Below, one piece after another: positions 1 to 12,872 of a DNA stretch of 64,000 nt (its first letter is position 1; every line of letters begins with the position of its first letter). The notes beneath the pieces were generated by a model. That model made no database searches. It was not told the origin of the DNA and saw only the letters and a program-made list of their open reading frames with translations. A program made the translations under genes and the position numbers. The stretch comes from Eledone cirrhosa (taxonomy: Eukaryota): positions 112,654,001 through 112,718,000 of the forward strand of contig OZ024740.1 in the NCBI GenBank assembly GCA_964016885.1. Reading direction: 5' to 3'.

Positions 1-2099
1 CAGTGGCTATTTCGAAGCTGAACAGTGGAAGATCTCCAGGTATGGATGGCATACATGCTGAGCTCCTACAATATGGTGGTGAGAGACTCCTGCACCATCT
101 TCACTCTTTGTTTGGCAGGATATGGGCTAATGAATCCGTACCTGAGGACTGGAGAGATGCAGTAATGATGGTCTTGTACAAGGGAAAGGGTAACAGGAAC
201 GATTGTGGGAACTACAGAGGTATATCATTGCTTTCTGTCGTAGGGAAAGTTTTATGTAGGGTGCTTCTGGACCGTCTGCTGACACACATTGCAGATTGTG
301 TTCTTCCTGAAAGTCAATCTGGTTTTCGTGCTGGACGCGGCACTACTGATATGATCTTCTCAGCTAGACAGCTCCAGGAGAAGTGCATGGAGCAAGGCTT
401 GGATCTGTATCAGGTTTTTGTCGATCTGACAAAAGCTTTCGATACTGTTAACAGAGATGCATTATGGAAGGTTCTCCAGAAACTTGGTTGCCCTGATAAG
501 TTCCTTGCTTTAGTTAGGTCTTTCCATGACGACATGGAGGCTTGGGTTAATGTCGGGGTAACATGTCGGAGCCTATCTCAGTAAAAAATGGAGTGAAACA
601 GAGGGATATTCCAGCACCGACCCTGTTTGCCATATACTTTGCAATGGTTTTCTGTATTGCATTCAGGAATTGCGAGCATCGTGTTTACATCCGATATCGA
701 ACCTCAGGCAGCATATTTAACATCAGGCGCTTTGCTGCGAAGACAAGAGTATTTACATCAATCATAAGAGACCTCTTGTATGCAGATGATTGCGATCTTG
801 TAGCGCACACAGAGAGAGATATGCAGCACATTTTGAATGCATTTTCTGACGCTTGCACTGCCCTAGGATTGACTGTCAGTCTCAAGAAAACCATCGTCAT
901 GTACCAACCTGCCCCTGGTAAGCAGTACACTGAACCAAACATCTATGTGTATGGCAAACGACTTGGAGTGGTTGATCAGTTTGTCTACCTGGGAAGCACT
1001 GTCAATCGATACAGCAACCTTGACAGTGAAATCTCACTTAGGATTAGGAAAGCAAGTGATGCTTTCGGAAAGCTAGAAAGGCGACTCTGGGGTCGGCGAG
1101 ACATATGCAGGAGGACAAAGGTAAAGGTGTACAGGGCATGTGTGCTCTCTTGTCTTCTTTATGCCTGCGTACCTGGGTCACATATCGACACCACCTTAAG
1201 CAATTGGAGCGTTTCCATCAGATGTGTCTCAGACGGATCCATGGCGTTCACTGGAGGGACCACATCAGTGATGTCGAGATTTTGGAAAGCTGTATGTGTG
1301 ACAGTATAGAAGCTCTTGTGCTTAAGCAACGACTCCGTTGGAGTGGTCACCTTGCCAGGATGAAGGATTCTAGAATACCAAAACAACTCTTTTATGGAGA
1401 GTTGGTTAAAGGAAAACGACCGCCACATAAACCAAAAAAGAGGTATAAGGATTCCTTGAAAGCCTCTCTGAAAGACGCTAATATCTCTGCTGATACATGG
1501 GAGAATATTGCTGCTGATCGTAATAAATGAAGACTGTATATGAGGGAAAAGTTGCCTTTGAGGCATCTCGAATCGCATACGAGAAAGTAAAGCGGGCTGT
1601 GAGGAAGGGCATTGCTGTTGCACTTCCATACGGCGAGGATCCTCCTATGGTGCTGACATGCAGCGTATGTGCGAGACTCTGCCTAAGCAAAGCTGGACTC
1701 GAAAGTCATCTTCGCAGCCATAAAGTAAGACCAGTGGTTGACTACCAGGCTGCTGTTGGAGATGCTACTCATCATGCTTGCCAAACATGTGGTAGAGAAT
1801 GTAAGTCAGCAGGAGGGCTCAAGCGACATGCAAAAGTACACGAACTCCAACCACAGCCGACTATTCCCAGTGAATGTTTTGGTTGCCGACTCTGTGCAAG
1901 ACATTTTAGATAATTGGCTGGGCTAAAAAGCCACATTCGATCGCAGTGCTGTTAGTTGCTATCGTGTGTGTGTGTGTAGATATGCTTATGTGTGTGCGTG
2001 TGTGTGTATATATATATGTATATGTATATTATCATTGTTGTTGTCGTTATTATTATTGTTGTTATTATTATTATTATTATTATTATTGTTATTAATGTA

Positions 2100-2132
<33 letters not shown>

Positions 2133-2133
2133 A

Positions 2134-2164
<31 letters not shown>

Positions 2165-2347
2165 CTTTTTTTTCTTTTTATTTATTTATTTATTATTATT
2201 ATTTTTATTTTATTTTATTTTATTTTATTTATTAATTTATTTACTTTTATTTTTTTCTTATTTTTTTTATTTATTTATTTTTTTTTTCTTATATTTTTTT
2301 TCTTCTCGTGCAATGGCCATACTCGATAACGAGGGGGCAGCCATCAT
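1..2347 (+). mobile_element. RTE-clade LINE (RT, thumb, three C2H2 fingers, 3' UTR); frameshifted; cut by the window start
   Basis: Consecutive frames 3-584, 563-1309, 1105-1530 and 1527-1913 carry PESQSGFRAGRGTTDMIF, FVDLTKAFDTVNR, LLYADD, FVYLGS and RLRWSGHLARM, then C2H2 fingers. Terminal hairpin ctcg-ataa-cgag within 2309-2347 is followed by a (TGTA)n tail. Confidence 0.95.
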
Positions 2348-2469
2348 GTATGTATGTATGTATGCATGCATGCATGCATGTATGTATGTATGTATGTATT
2401 TATGTATGTATGTATGTATGTATGTATGTATGTATGTATGTATGTATGTATGAATGTATGTATGTATGT

Positions 2470-2950
2470 TATCTCTTTCTCTTAATTTCGAGTATATTTT
2501 TTGACCGGCCTCCTTCCTGGTGGCAAGGTTGTAAAAGAAAAGAAATTGTCATCCCTTGAATCGCAAGAATGTTTTGCAAATTTTGAAGGTGCCAGCTATC
2601 GCAGCCATTTGTAGACTATGAATTAGGGAGCTGCGCTCTTTGTCCGCAAATCCAAGTTCAGTCATACTTTGGTCTAAGCGGGTTGGTATATAACCCGTAG
2701 CTCCAATAATGATGGGTATGATGCTAAAGGTGTATCTTGGATACTGGATTTGTAAACTCCTCATCAATGGTTCGTAGATGTCCTCCTTCTCCTGTATTTT
2801 TCTGACAACGTTTACATCAAGTGGGCAGCTGATCTCCACAACAGAACACGTTTTCAATGTGTGGTCCCAAACAACAATATCAGGCCGGTTGTGCTTTAAT
2901 TTAGTGGCAGTTTTTATTTTCAGGTTCCACCAGTATTCCTTAGTGCCATC
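2470..2950 (-). mobile_element. R4/Dong-clade LINE 3' fragment (restriction-like endonuclease)
   Basis: KHNRPDIVVWD..CSVVEISCPLD..EKEDIY (PD-(D/E)xK RLE); near-identical to 9896-10360; (TGTA)n on both sides. Confidence 0.92.
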
Positions 2951-3061
2951 TGTATGTATGTATGTTTGTATGTATGTTTGTATGTATGTATGCACGATGG
3001 CATACATACATAATGTCTCTTTTCCTATATATATATATAACATTATTAATAATGTTATATC

Positions 3062-3125
3062 ATGCAATGGCCATACTCGATAACGAGGGTGCAGCCATCA
3101 TGTAAGTATGTATGTATGTATGTAT
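3062..3125 (+). mobile_element. Isolated RTE 3' terminal motif plus (TGTA)n
   Basis: gcaatggccatactcgataacgagggtgcagccatcatgta duplicates 2309-2350. Confidence 0.8.
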
Positions 3126-3204
3126 GTATATATGTGTATATATATATGTATGTGTATGTATATATATATGTGTATATGTATGTATAAATATATGTCATAT
3201 ATAA

Positions 3205-3597
3205 GGACAAAGGAGCTCTTAAGAGTCAATGGCCATCCAAAATCACCGGGAGAGATGACCCCTTAGCCTTTGTCAAGGCAGAATGCTAGGAGAAGTAAAA
3301 CTCTGATATAACACCTGCAACCCTGATGGTATCCAATGATGTTGACTTGTTCTTCTTTTTGGTAAATATCATCTTGGTTAAGAGAGTGGGACTGGCTTTG
3401 TGCAGTGCCTTTGCTCACTATAAAAGCTTCATGGCACAGGCATTGCTTTATATCTGGAGCGCATCGATAGCGGTTATCCTACATTGATATAAAGTAGTGG
3501 CCGTACTCGAAAACGAGTTGGCAGCCACCATGTATGTATGTATGTATGTATGTATGTATGTATGTATGTATGTATGTATGTATGTATGTACGTATGT
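3205..3597 (+). mobile_element. Bipartite non-autonomous RTE derivative, 5'-truncated with internal deletion, (TGTA)n tail
   Basis: Matches 11337-11790 except for a ~125-nt deletion after tatctggag. Confidence 0.85.
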
Positions 3598-3629
3598 ATA
3601 AAGTCACACTCGTTCAGCGCATCACATAT

Positions 3630-4197
3630 ATGGTGGCTGCCAACTCGTTTTCGAGTACGGCCACTACTTTATATCCATGTAGGAGAACCCCTACCGATAC
3701 GCTGAACGAGTGTGACTTTTTAGTCCAGCCAGCGACTTGAAAACTCTGGTACAAACACTACACTTTTGACAATTATTGACACATAGTGCTGGGCCGATGG
3801 TACCATGTGACGACAAGTGCAGAGAGATCGCCAGATATAAAGCAATGCTTGTGCTGTGAAGCTTTTATAGTGAGCAAAGGCACTGCACAAAGCCAGTCCC
3901 ACTCTCTTAACCAAGATGATATTTACCAAAAAGAAGAACAAGTCAACATCATTGGATACCATCAGGGTTGCAGGTGTTATATCAGAGTTTTCCTTCTCCT
4001 AGAATTCTGCCTTGACAAAGGCTAAGGGGTCATCTCTCCCGGTGATTTTGGATGGCTTTGACCCTTAAGAGCTCCTTTGACAGGTTTTGTTTTTAGTCCT
4101 GCAGGAAGTCCAAAGTCACCCTCCTCACCCAGAAACCTTATGGGGTTGCCAGTTTAGTCGCCAACGACCCGACCAGGAGACAGGTTGTACTGGGATG
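3630..4197 (-). mobile_element. Bipartite non-autonomous RTE derivative
   Basis: Reverse complement of 11212-11790; bordered by (CATA)n at 4200-4335. Confidence 0.9.
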
Positions 4198-4360
4198 ATA
4201 TACATACATACATACATACATACATACATACATACATACATACATACAGACATACATACATACACACATACATACATACATACATACATACATACATACA
4301 TACATACATACATACATACATACATACATACATACACACACACACATATTATATATATAG

Positions 4361-4800
4361 CAAATAAAATAACAGGAGGCTGGACTGGTGTAAATCGTTG
4401 AAAAGTTTATTATACCATGATCATTTCAATGACTGGGTTCCGTATGAATCCGGTAATATCATCAGGTATTCGAAATATATCTTGAGGGCGACTGACCGAG
4501 GTGAAAGCAGCTAGTTGGTCACTCGTCCTTTCTGTCTCTGATTTTTGGACCCATGGATATTATATATTCCTTTGTTATATTTCGAATACCTGATGATATC
4601 ACCTGATTCATACGGAACCCGGTTATTGAAATGATCATGGTATAATAAACTTTTCAAGGATTTACACCAGTTCAGCCTCCTGTTATTTTATTTGTAATAA
4701 TTAACTCCGTATTAGCACCACCAACTACACAAACGAAGGCGGGTGAACTACACTACGTTGAGTACTCTCCATAATATTACATCAAGATTGTCCATACAGA
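4361..4800. mobile_element. Penelope-like pLTR remnant with ~118-bp inverted arms and a hammerhead-like core
   Basis: Arms 4361-4479 and 4577-4694. CTGATGA at 4590 and GAAA at 4628, followed by the palindrome ATGATCAT; the cleavage position reads G (non-canonical). (TA)n flanks. Confidence 0.6.
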
Positions 4801-5065
4801 ATGACTAATTCTATCCTGTGGTGAACCAACAAACCTAAATATATATATATATATATCAAGTAAGAATATTTTCGAAACAGCGAGTGGGTTTGAAATTATT
4901 AAAAATGTAAGCTATCGCCGTATTTTGACTAAAGAAATTAAAGAAATTATTTAGCCTGATAGTGGGGTTAAGAACCCTCGGAGAAATGGAAAAAGATGAG
5001 TATCGACGTACATGGGATATATATATATACATACAAATATATATATATATGGGATATATATATAT

Positions 5066-5111
<46 letters not shown>

Positions 5112-5271
5112 GATATTAAATAAATGGAAACTATATTTATAAAACCATATTTATTTCATTATATATATTTCAGGGATATCATATTAACAATATGTTATGC
5201 CTTGATTTTCAAATACAAGTCGATGTTGAACGGTATGTCAAATCTATTTATCTATAAAACTGTCTATATTG

Positions 5272-5337
5272 TATTTTGTCTGAGGAAGGCATAACCTATT
5301 GTTAATATGATATCCCTGAAATATATATAATGAAATA
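5272..5337 (+). ncRNA. Minimal type I hammerhead ribozyme motif (family A)
   Basis: tattttgt-CTGAGGA-stem II-GAAA-tatata-TA-atgaaata; 8-bp stem I with G-U pairs; lies in fold-back element 5111-5466. Confidence 0.7.
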
Positions 5338-5464
5338 AATATGGTTTTATAAATATAGTTTCCATTTATTTAATATCGTAAATATACTCCAAATACTTGT
5401 TGAGTGCTTTTATATCAGTTATAAATATTTACTAGTTGTAACCCAACAATTTAAATATAACTTT

Positions 5465-5720
<256 letters not shown>

Positions 5721-5788
5721 AAAGTTATATTTAAATTGTTGGGTTACAACTAGTAAATATTTATAACTGATATAAAAGCACTCAACAA

Positions 5789-5831
<43 letters not shown>

Positions 5832-6131
5832 AATAAATATACAATTACTTCATGTGTATTTGTTTCGCCATTTCTTCTGTCTGTTTCTCCATGTTTTTGA
5901 AAAACTGGCAGTTGGAATGACGGCAGTGAAACCAGCAAACACAATGTGTTAGTGCTGATGGTTGTTCTATTGCTGTTGCCATTGCTCACGTTTGCTAGAA
6001 TTAAGGTTTTACACGGAACTGTGGAAGCATCAACCCATGACTCCGTTATGTATTATATTCAATGCAATTCTGCTGGCTACAACATCGTGCTAGATAGAAT
6101 ACGAAAGTATGAGAGAGAGAGCTTGTTAGAA

Positions 6132-6218
<87 letters not shown>

Positions 6219-6331
6219 ACTAGAAATCCTAGTTGATATAAAATGCTCGGATCTATTCATTGGAATCTTGGAGCATATTCTACAGTGGATATGGCGCATG
6301 TCTCTCTAACATGACACCCTTAATTTAATTT

Positions 6332-6413
<82 letters not shown>

Positions 6414-6497
6414 GAGAGAGAGGGGAAAGAGAGAGAGGGAGAGAAAAAGAGAGATAAATGGCTTGAGAGATTGATTGTTGAAGAAGGAGAGAGAGAG

Positions 6498-6581
<84 letters not shown>

Positions 6582-6772
6582 ATAAATAGAGAAAGAGAGA
6601 GAGAGGGGGAGAAGGATATATGCAGAAAGTAGGTGGAATGGTACAGTGAGCAAGTGAATAAATCAATAATATGTTAAATGTAAGAAAGAATTTGAGGTTT
6701 TGTAAACTTGGCAGTGTGTGTATGTCTCTGTACACACAGACACTCACTCACACACACGCGCAAGCACGCACG

Positions 6773-6811
<39 letters not shown>

Positions 6812-7123
6812 ACACTCGCACGCACATACCCGCACACCCACCCACACACACCACTCACAAACACAAACACACACACACACACACTCACAAAGCCACACGC
6901 ATATATATATAGGGGTTGAATATGAGGGTGAAGAGGTGAAAGTGTAGCAAAAATTGATGGTATAATGTTTGATAGAAATAGACCCCTCATACACTCACAT
7001 GCACACACACACACAACCCACACACTATATATATATATATATAGATCTGAGCATATCAATGAATTAACAAGGTAAAATACATTACAACATTATGTTCTCC
7101 TGTTTTTTCTGTTCAAGTTCTTA

Positions 7124-7180
7124 CTGCCTGATGAGGTTATAGCTGTTGAATAATGGCTATCACTGAAATATATATAGCAG
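7124..7180 (+). ncRNA. Minimal type I hammerhead ribozyme motif
   Basis: ctgc-CTGATGA-ggttatagctgttgaataatggctatcact-GAAA-tatata-TA-gcag; stem I ctgc/gcag; stem II atagc/gctat. Confidence 0.75.
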
Positions 7181-7572
7181 CGAATATGAATAAACGAAGC
7201 TAATTTTACTCTGTTGACTTACACTCCTTGTTTTTACATTACTACGGAATAAACAGACCAACCTGCACACTTCGTTGAGTGCTCTTACCAGCATACTAAG
7301 ATGTCGGTAAACAACCAACACATACTCAAAATTATATATGTATATATATCTTTCATCAGAAGATAACACGAGAAATGAAAGATGGTATAGAAAGATAGAG
7401 AAAACACGTGTGTGTTCAGTCATTATATATATATATATATATATATATATAACGCCAGCACCAACAGTTTTGCAAGAGATTTCAACATGAATGGACCTAT
7501 TATTTTTATCTAAAGACATTTTTTCCAATTCCATCCTGCCCGTCCCCTTGATCTATTTTATTTCTCATTCTT

Positions 7573-7608
7573 TCTTCTGATGAAAGACTAGCGTCCGAAA
7601 CGTTAAGA
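7573..7608 (+). ncRNA. Minimal type I hammerhead ribozyme motif (family D)
   Basis: tctt-CTGATGA-aagac-tagc-gtcc-GAAAcgtt-aaga; palindromic AACGTT stem III; copies at 44548 (+) and 38788 (-). Confidence 0.7.
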
Positions 7609-7705
7609 CCCTCTTCCTGCTATATCAAGCGTTAACCTAATATATACCTTCCACATACTGTGCCGATTGTGTTGTTATTTCTGTTTACCTTTTACATACA
7701 ATACA

Positions 7706-7790
<85 letters not shown>

Positions 7791-7822
7791 AACATTTTCG
7801 CTCTACATGGCTGAATACAATA

Positions 7823-8086
7823 AATGTAACCTGAGTTTTTCGAATATTAATAATAAAGTTCGATTCGTTTGCAATTATGCAAACAAGCCTCAATTTTATA
7901 GCCATGTGAGTAGAATGAACCCTTCATTCTTGCTCTTGTGTTGGCTTATAAACAGATGTTCACATGCCAACACAAGAGCAAGAATGAAGAGTTCAGTCTA
8001 CTGACATGGCTATAATATTGAGGCTTGTTTGCATAATTGCAAACGAATCGAACTTTATTATTAATATTCGAAAAACTCAGATTACA
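7823..8086. repeat. Long inverted repeat (~120-bp arms)
   Basis: tgtaacctgagtttttcgaata...tgttggc and gccaaca...tattcgaaaaactcagattaca. Confidence 0.9.
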
Positions 8087-8102
8087 CACACACCACATAT
8101 GT

Positions 8103-8334
8103 GAAGGCGTGTGGCTGAGTGGTTAGAGAATTGGATTCACAATCTTGAGGTTGTGAGTTCAATTCCTAGACCGGGCGATGCGTTATGTCCTTGAGCAAGA
8201 CACTTTATTTCAAGTTATTCCTTCTACCTGGAATTGCGACCGATAGATAGTATTAGCAACTGGAAAGACCAATGGAAACATTGTTTCCTCGGTCCGATTT
8301 GACGAAAGTCGATCGATGAAAAAAAAAAAAAAAA
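8103..8334 (+). mobile_element. tRNA-derived SINE, family 1
   Basis: A box tggctgagtgg, B box gagttcaattcc, body gtccttgagcaagacactt, poly(A). Other copies ~17812-18023(-), 26085-26300(-), 28845-29125(-), 29962-30215(+), 43047-43370(+), 55365-55520(-). Confidence 0.85.
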
Positions 8335-8633
8335 TATATATATGCATGCATGTTTGATTTCAGCTGATGTAGTAGCCTTTCATTCTAGAGATTTCACGGC
8401 GAGTTGTCTCTTATATATATATATATGTATAAAAAACATGAGAAGAAAGAAGAATACTGCGTGGTTGCACATGGGTTACATATGATAACATTAGTTCCTC
8501 GTCAGTGATTTGCCAACCATCATTGATATTTCATCGCATTAAAAATCATAAACCTCAGGTTGGTGCGAGCAATAACTAAAAAAAGCTATTGGGACAAGTA
8601 AATCGCGTAAAGCGAGTGAGACAAGTAAACAAC

Positions 8634-8692
<59 letters not shown>

Positions 8693-8697
8693 GTATA

Positions 8698-8729
<32 letters not shown>

Positions 8730-8910
8730 ATTCGATGGTATCGAGCATGACAGCCAGCTGAAACGGACATGGCTCTCAGTTGGAACAGTACCATGTACCA
8801 TATATCTATACCTATTCTGCAACTTAACACGTATCGAAAACTACCCTGAACTGCAGTCTCCAAATAGTCTGTAGCCACTTCATTATATACATACATACAT
8901 ACATACATAC

Positions 8911-8965
<55 letters not shown>

Positions 8966-8989
8966 AAGAGAGAGAGAGAGGGGGGAGGG

Positions 8990-9067
<78 letters not shown>

Positions 9068-9099
9068 GAGAGTGAGAGAGAGAGAGAGAGAGCGAGAGA

Positions 9100-9142
<43 letters not shown>

Positions 9143-9895
9143 GGACATATAGGTAGATGAGATTTGATAGAGAAAAAGTTATAAAATGTAATGTATTCAA
9201 TTAAGTGTGCTGGAACTAGAAAAAATTTCTTTTCCTCGAGGCTTGTGTATTATTAATAATTAATTACCAATAATTATAATAATATTTATTGTAGTAATTA
9301 CAGTCCAGAAATGTAGCCAACAATGTCTGCCACACCTTACTCCTCCTCCTCCCACTCCTCCGCCTCATCATCATCATCATTGCAACAACAGTATATATGA
9401 CAATGACAAAAACTACTGCACCACCAACTGTTATAATAACGGCAAAAATGGCAATTTCTTAATTAATTAAACTAGAAGCAATAAAATGTTCTGGAGAAAG
9501 AGAGAAAAATTGTACATTTTAAGATACTGAACACACACACACACACACAGGCTGAGTGAGACTAATTTGGAGAGAAAGGTAGGTGGGGAGATGGAGAAGG
9601 ATTAATTTGATAGGCAAATTACAATTTTTGTCATATTCAAAAAACAACTATGCAAAATGCTTATCAGCATATCCAGCGTGTATGCATGCGTGTGTCTTTA
9701 TTTCTCGCTATAAAGTTTGCTTTGTCATCATGTATTTCGGCCTAGATTAGAACCAACTGCATCTCATCTAGGGCAATTAACCTCTACTGTTACGTCAGGA
9801 TTGACCAACATCTTGCGAATATAATTCTTAACACTCTTGTATGATGTATGTATGTATGTATGTATGTATGTATGTATGTATGTATGTATGTATGT

Positions 9896-11112
9896 TATCT
9901 CTTTCTCTTAATTTCGAGTATATTTTTGACCGGTGGCAAGGTTGTAAAAGAAAAGAAATTGTCATCCCTTGAATCGCAATAATGTTTTGCAAATTTTGCA
10001 GGTGCCAGCTATCGCAGCCATTTGTAGACTATGAATTAGGAAGCTGCGCTCTTTGTCCGCAAATCCAAGTTCAGTCATACTTTGGTCCAAGCGGGTTGGT
10101 ATATAACCCGTAGCTCCAATAATGATGGGTAAGAAGCTAAAGCTGTATCTTGGATACTGGATTTGTAAACTCCTCATCAATGGTTCGTAGATGTCCTCCT
10201 TCTCCTGTATTTTTCTGACAACGTTTACATCAAGTGGGCAGCTGATCTCCACAACAGAACACGTTTTCAATGTGTGGTCCCAAACAACAATATCAGGCCG
10301 GTTGTGCTTTAATTTAGTGGCAGTTTTTATTTTCAGGTTCCACCAGTATTCCCTAGTGCCATATGTCTTAATATATTCTTCCTCGTTTGTTTTCAATATT
10401 GTTTTCCGAAGTGCGTTCCAGATGGTTCTAGCTATCACATCGTGTCTCATGGGGAGGTAGTAGCGAGATGACATTCTTTCGCAGCTGGCAATAATGTAGC
10501 TTACATCTTCGATCTTTGTTTTACATAGCCTGTATTTATTGTCAGCTGCTGGCCCTCTTCTTTTGTGCAGCAGATATTTGGTAGGGAGTTCTTGTTCTTG
10601 TATTGCATAGAGATATCCCTCAGGTGTGATGTCATAAATTTGTCGGAACTCCATGCCAGGCTTTATGAGTGGTTTATCCCCTCTATGGTCTGTGTTTTAC
10701 GTCTCAAGTATCCGTGCACAACTTTTTCTGTAAATTGGTCAATTTTTTTCATCTTATTTGAACATTGAATAGGATCTTCCGATTTCTCTGGGTGAGAGAC
10801 TTATATCAGGCTTTATTCCATATCTCTCCTCCAGATCAGTGGCTATCCTAATAATATTTTTTTCTTCATGCTCATAAACCTGGGCAAGATGGTTGCCAAC
10901 CTTTTTCCTCTGTTGAAGATGTTGTTTCATTGTTACTATCCGGGTCTCATATGATGTTAATATGGATTTTAGACCCCGGCCACCTTCCTTGCGTGAGAAG
11001 CATAGCCTATCCACATCAGCATTGCTGTCAAAGTTCCCAGTAACACTGAGAAGTTTGCGAGTTTTAACATCCATCTCACTTAGTTCTTGCAATGACCAGT
11101 TCAGCAGGCCAA
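9896..11112 (-). mobile_element. R4/Dong-clade LINE, 5'-truncated (RT thumb, degenerate CCHC, RLE, 3' UTR)
   Basis: DVKTRKLL..VDRL..SRKEGGRGL, EGYLYAIQEQ, RLC..C..YYLPMRHD, NRPDIVVWD..EISCP; flanked by (TGTA)n at 9845-9895 and 11113-11202. Confidence 0.93.
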
Positions 11113-11202
11113 ATGTATGTATGTATGTATGTATGTATGTATGTATGTATGTATGTATGTATGTATGTATGTATGTATGTATGTATGTATGTACGTATGT
11201 AT

Positions 11203-11805
11203 GGTAACATGTATCCCAGTACAACCTGTCTCATGGTCGGGTCGTTGGCGACTAAACTGGCAACCCCACCAAGGTTTCTTGGTGAGGAGGGTGACTTTGG
11301 ACATACTGCAGGACTAAAAACAAAACCTGTCAAAGGGCAAAGGAGCTCTTAAGAGTCAATGGCCATCCAAAATCACCGGGAGAGATGACCCCTTAGCCTT
11401 TGTCAAGGCAGAATTCTAGGAGAAGGAAAACTCTGATATAACACCTGCAACCCTGATGGTATCCAATGATGTTGACTTGTTCTTCTTTTTGGTAAATATC
11501 ATCTTGGTTAAGAGAGTGAGACTGGCTTTGTGCAATGCCTTTGCTCACTATAAAAGCTTCACGGCACAGGCATTGCTTTATATCTGGAGATCTCTCTGCA
11601 CTTGTCATCACATGGTACCATGGGCCCAGCACTGTGTGTCAATAATTGTCACAGGTGTAGTGTTTGTACCAGAGTTTTCAAGTCGCTGGCTGGACTAAAA
11701 AGTCACACTCGTTCAGCGCATCGGTAGGGGTTCTCCTACATGGATATAAAGTAGTGGCCGTACTCGAAAACGAGTTGGCAGCCACCATGTATGTGTATAT
11801 GTATG
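11203..11805 (+). mobile_element. Bipartite non-autonomous RTE derivative (~590 bp)
   Basis: RTE-type 5' UTR motif ctaggagaaggaaaactctga, a zinc-finger remnant, and 3' hairpin actcg-aaaa-cgagt homologous to the RTE end at 2309-2347. Confidence 0.88.
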
Positions 11806-12428
11806 TCAGGTCACCAGTTGGTGCTACTGGTAACATGTATCCCAGTACAACCTGTCTCATGGTCGGGTCGCTGGCGACTAAACTGGCAACCCCACCAAGG
11901 TTTCTTGGTGAGGAGGGTGACTTTGGACATCCTGCAGGACTAAAAACAAAACCTGTCGAAGAGCAAAGGAGCTCTTAAGAGTCAATGGCCATCCAAAATC
12001 ACCGGGAGAGATGACCCCTTAGCATTTGTCAAGGCAGAATGCTAGGAGAAGGAAAACTCTGATATAACACCTGAAACTCTGATGGTATCCAATGATGTTG
12101 ACTTGTTCTTCTTTTTGGTAAATATCATCTTGGTTAAGAGAGTGAGACTGGCTTTGTGCAGTGCCTTTGCTCACTATAAAAGCTTCACGGCACAGGCATT
12201 GCTTTATATCTGGAGATCTCTCTGCACTTGTCATCACATGGTACCATGGGCCCAGCACTGTGTCAATAATTGTCACAAGTGTAGTGTTTGTACCAGAGTT
12301 TTCAAGTCGCTGGCTGGACTAAAAAGTCACACTCGTTCAGCGCATCGGTAGGGGTTCTCCTACATGGATATAAAGCAGTGGCCGTACTAAAAAACGAGTT
12401 GGCAGCCACTATATATGTATGTATGTAT
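11806..12428 (+). mobile_element. Bipartite non-autonomous RTE derivative, tandem copy with the longest 5' end
   Basis: Near-identical to 11203-11790; encodes remnant [24 protein letters not shown]. Confidence 0.88.
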
Positions 12429-12429
12429 A

Positions 12430-12872
12430 GAACATAAACAACTGAAGAGTCAGCTTCCTAAGGGCGGTGCTCACAGTCTTGATGAAGTCATCAGTAGTTG
12501 GATATGTAATTTCTGTCAGCGTGTACTCCTCTCAAAGGCTGGTTATGTGAATCACCTGAAGTCACATGAAAGTATAACCACCCGCAACACCACTCAACAA
12601 AGACCTGGCGAAACAACGTGCGAGATAAGCAACAAAATGTGTAGAACTAGTTCCGGACTAAAAAAGCATATGTGGTAAATAAAGATTGTGTTCCACAGGA
12701 TGACCCCGCCGATCCTGTGGAAAGCACAAAACTCATCTGTCATCTGTGTCGTAAATCATGCAGATCTACAGCTGGCCTACAAAGTCATCTACGAAGTCAT
12801 GGACGCAGATGGGATGACAATGAAGAATCAATAAAAGATGGCATTCGTCTGTGAAGATGCTGCAATCCTCTC
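12430..12872 (+). mobile_element. 3' fragment of a second RTE-type family with three C2H2 fingers
   Basis: CNFCQRVLLSKAGYVNHLKSH, CEISNKMCRTSSGLKKH, CHLCRKSCRSTAGLQSHLRSH; same finger type as 1650-1950. Confidence 0.7.
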
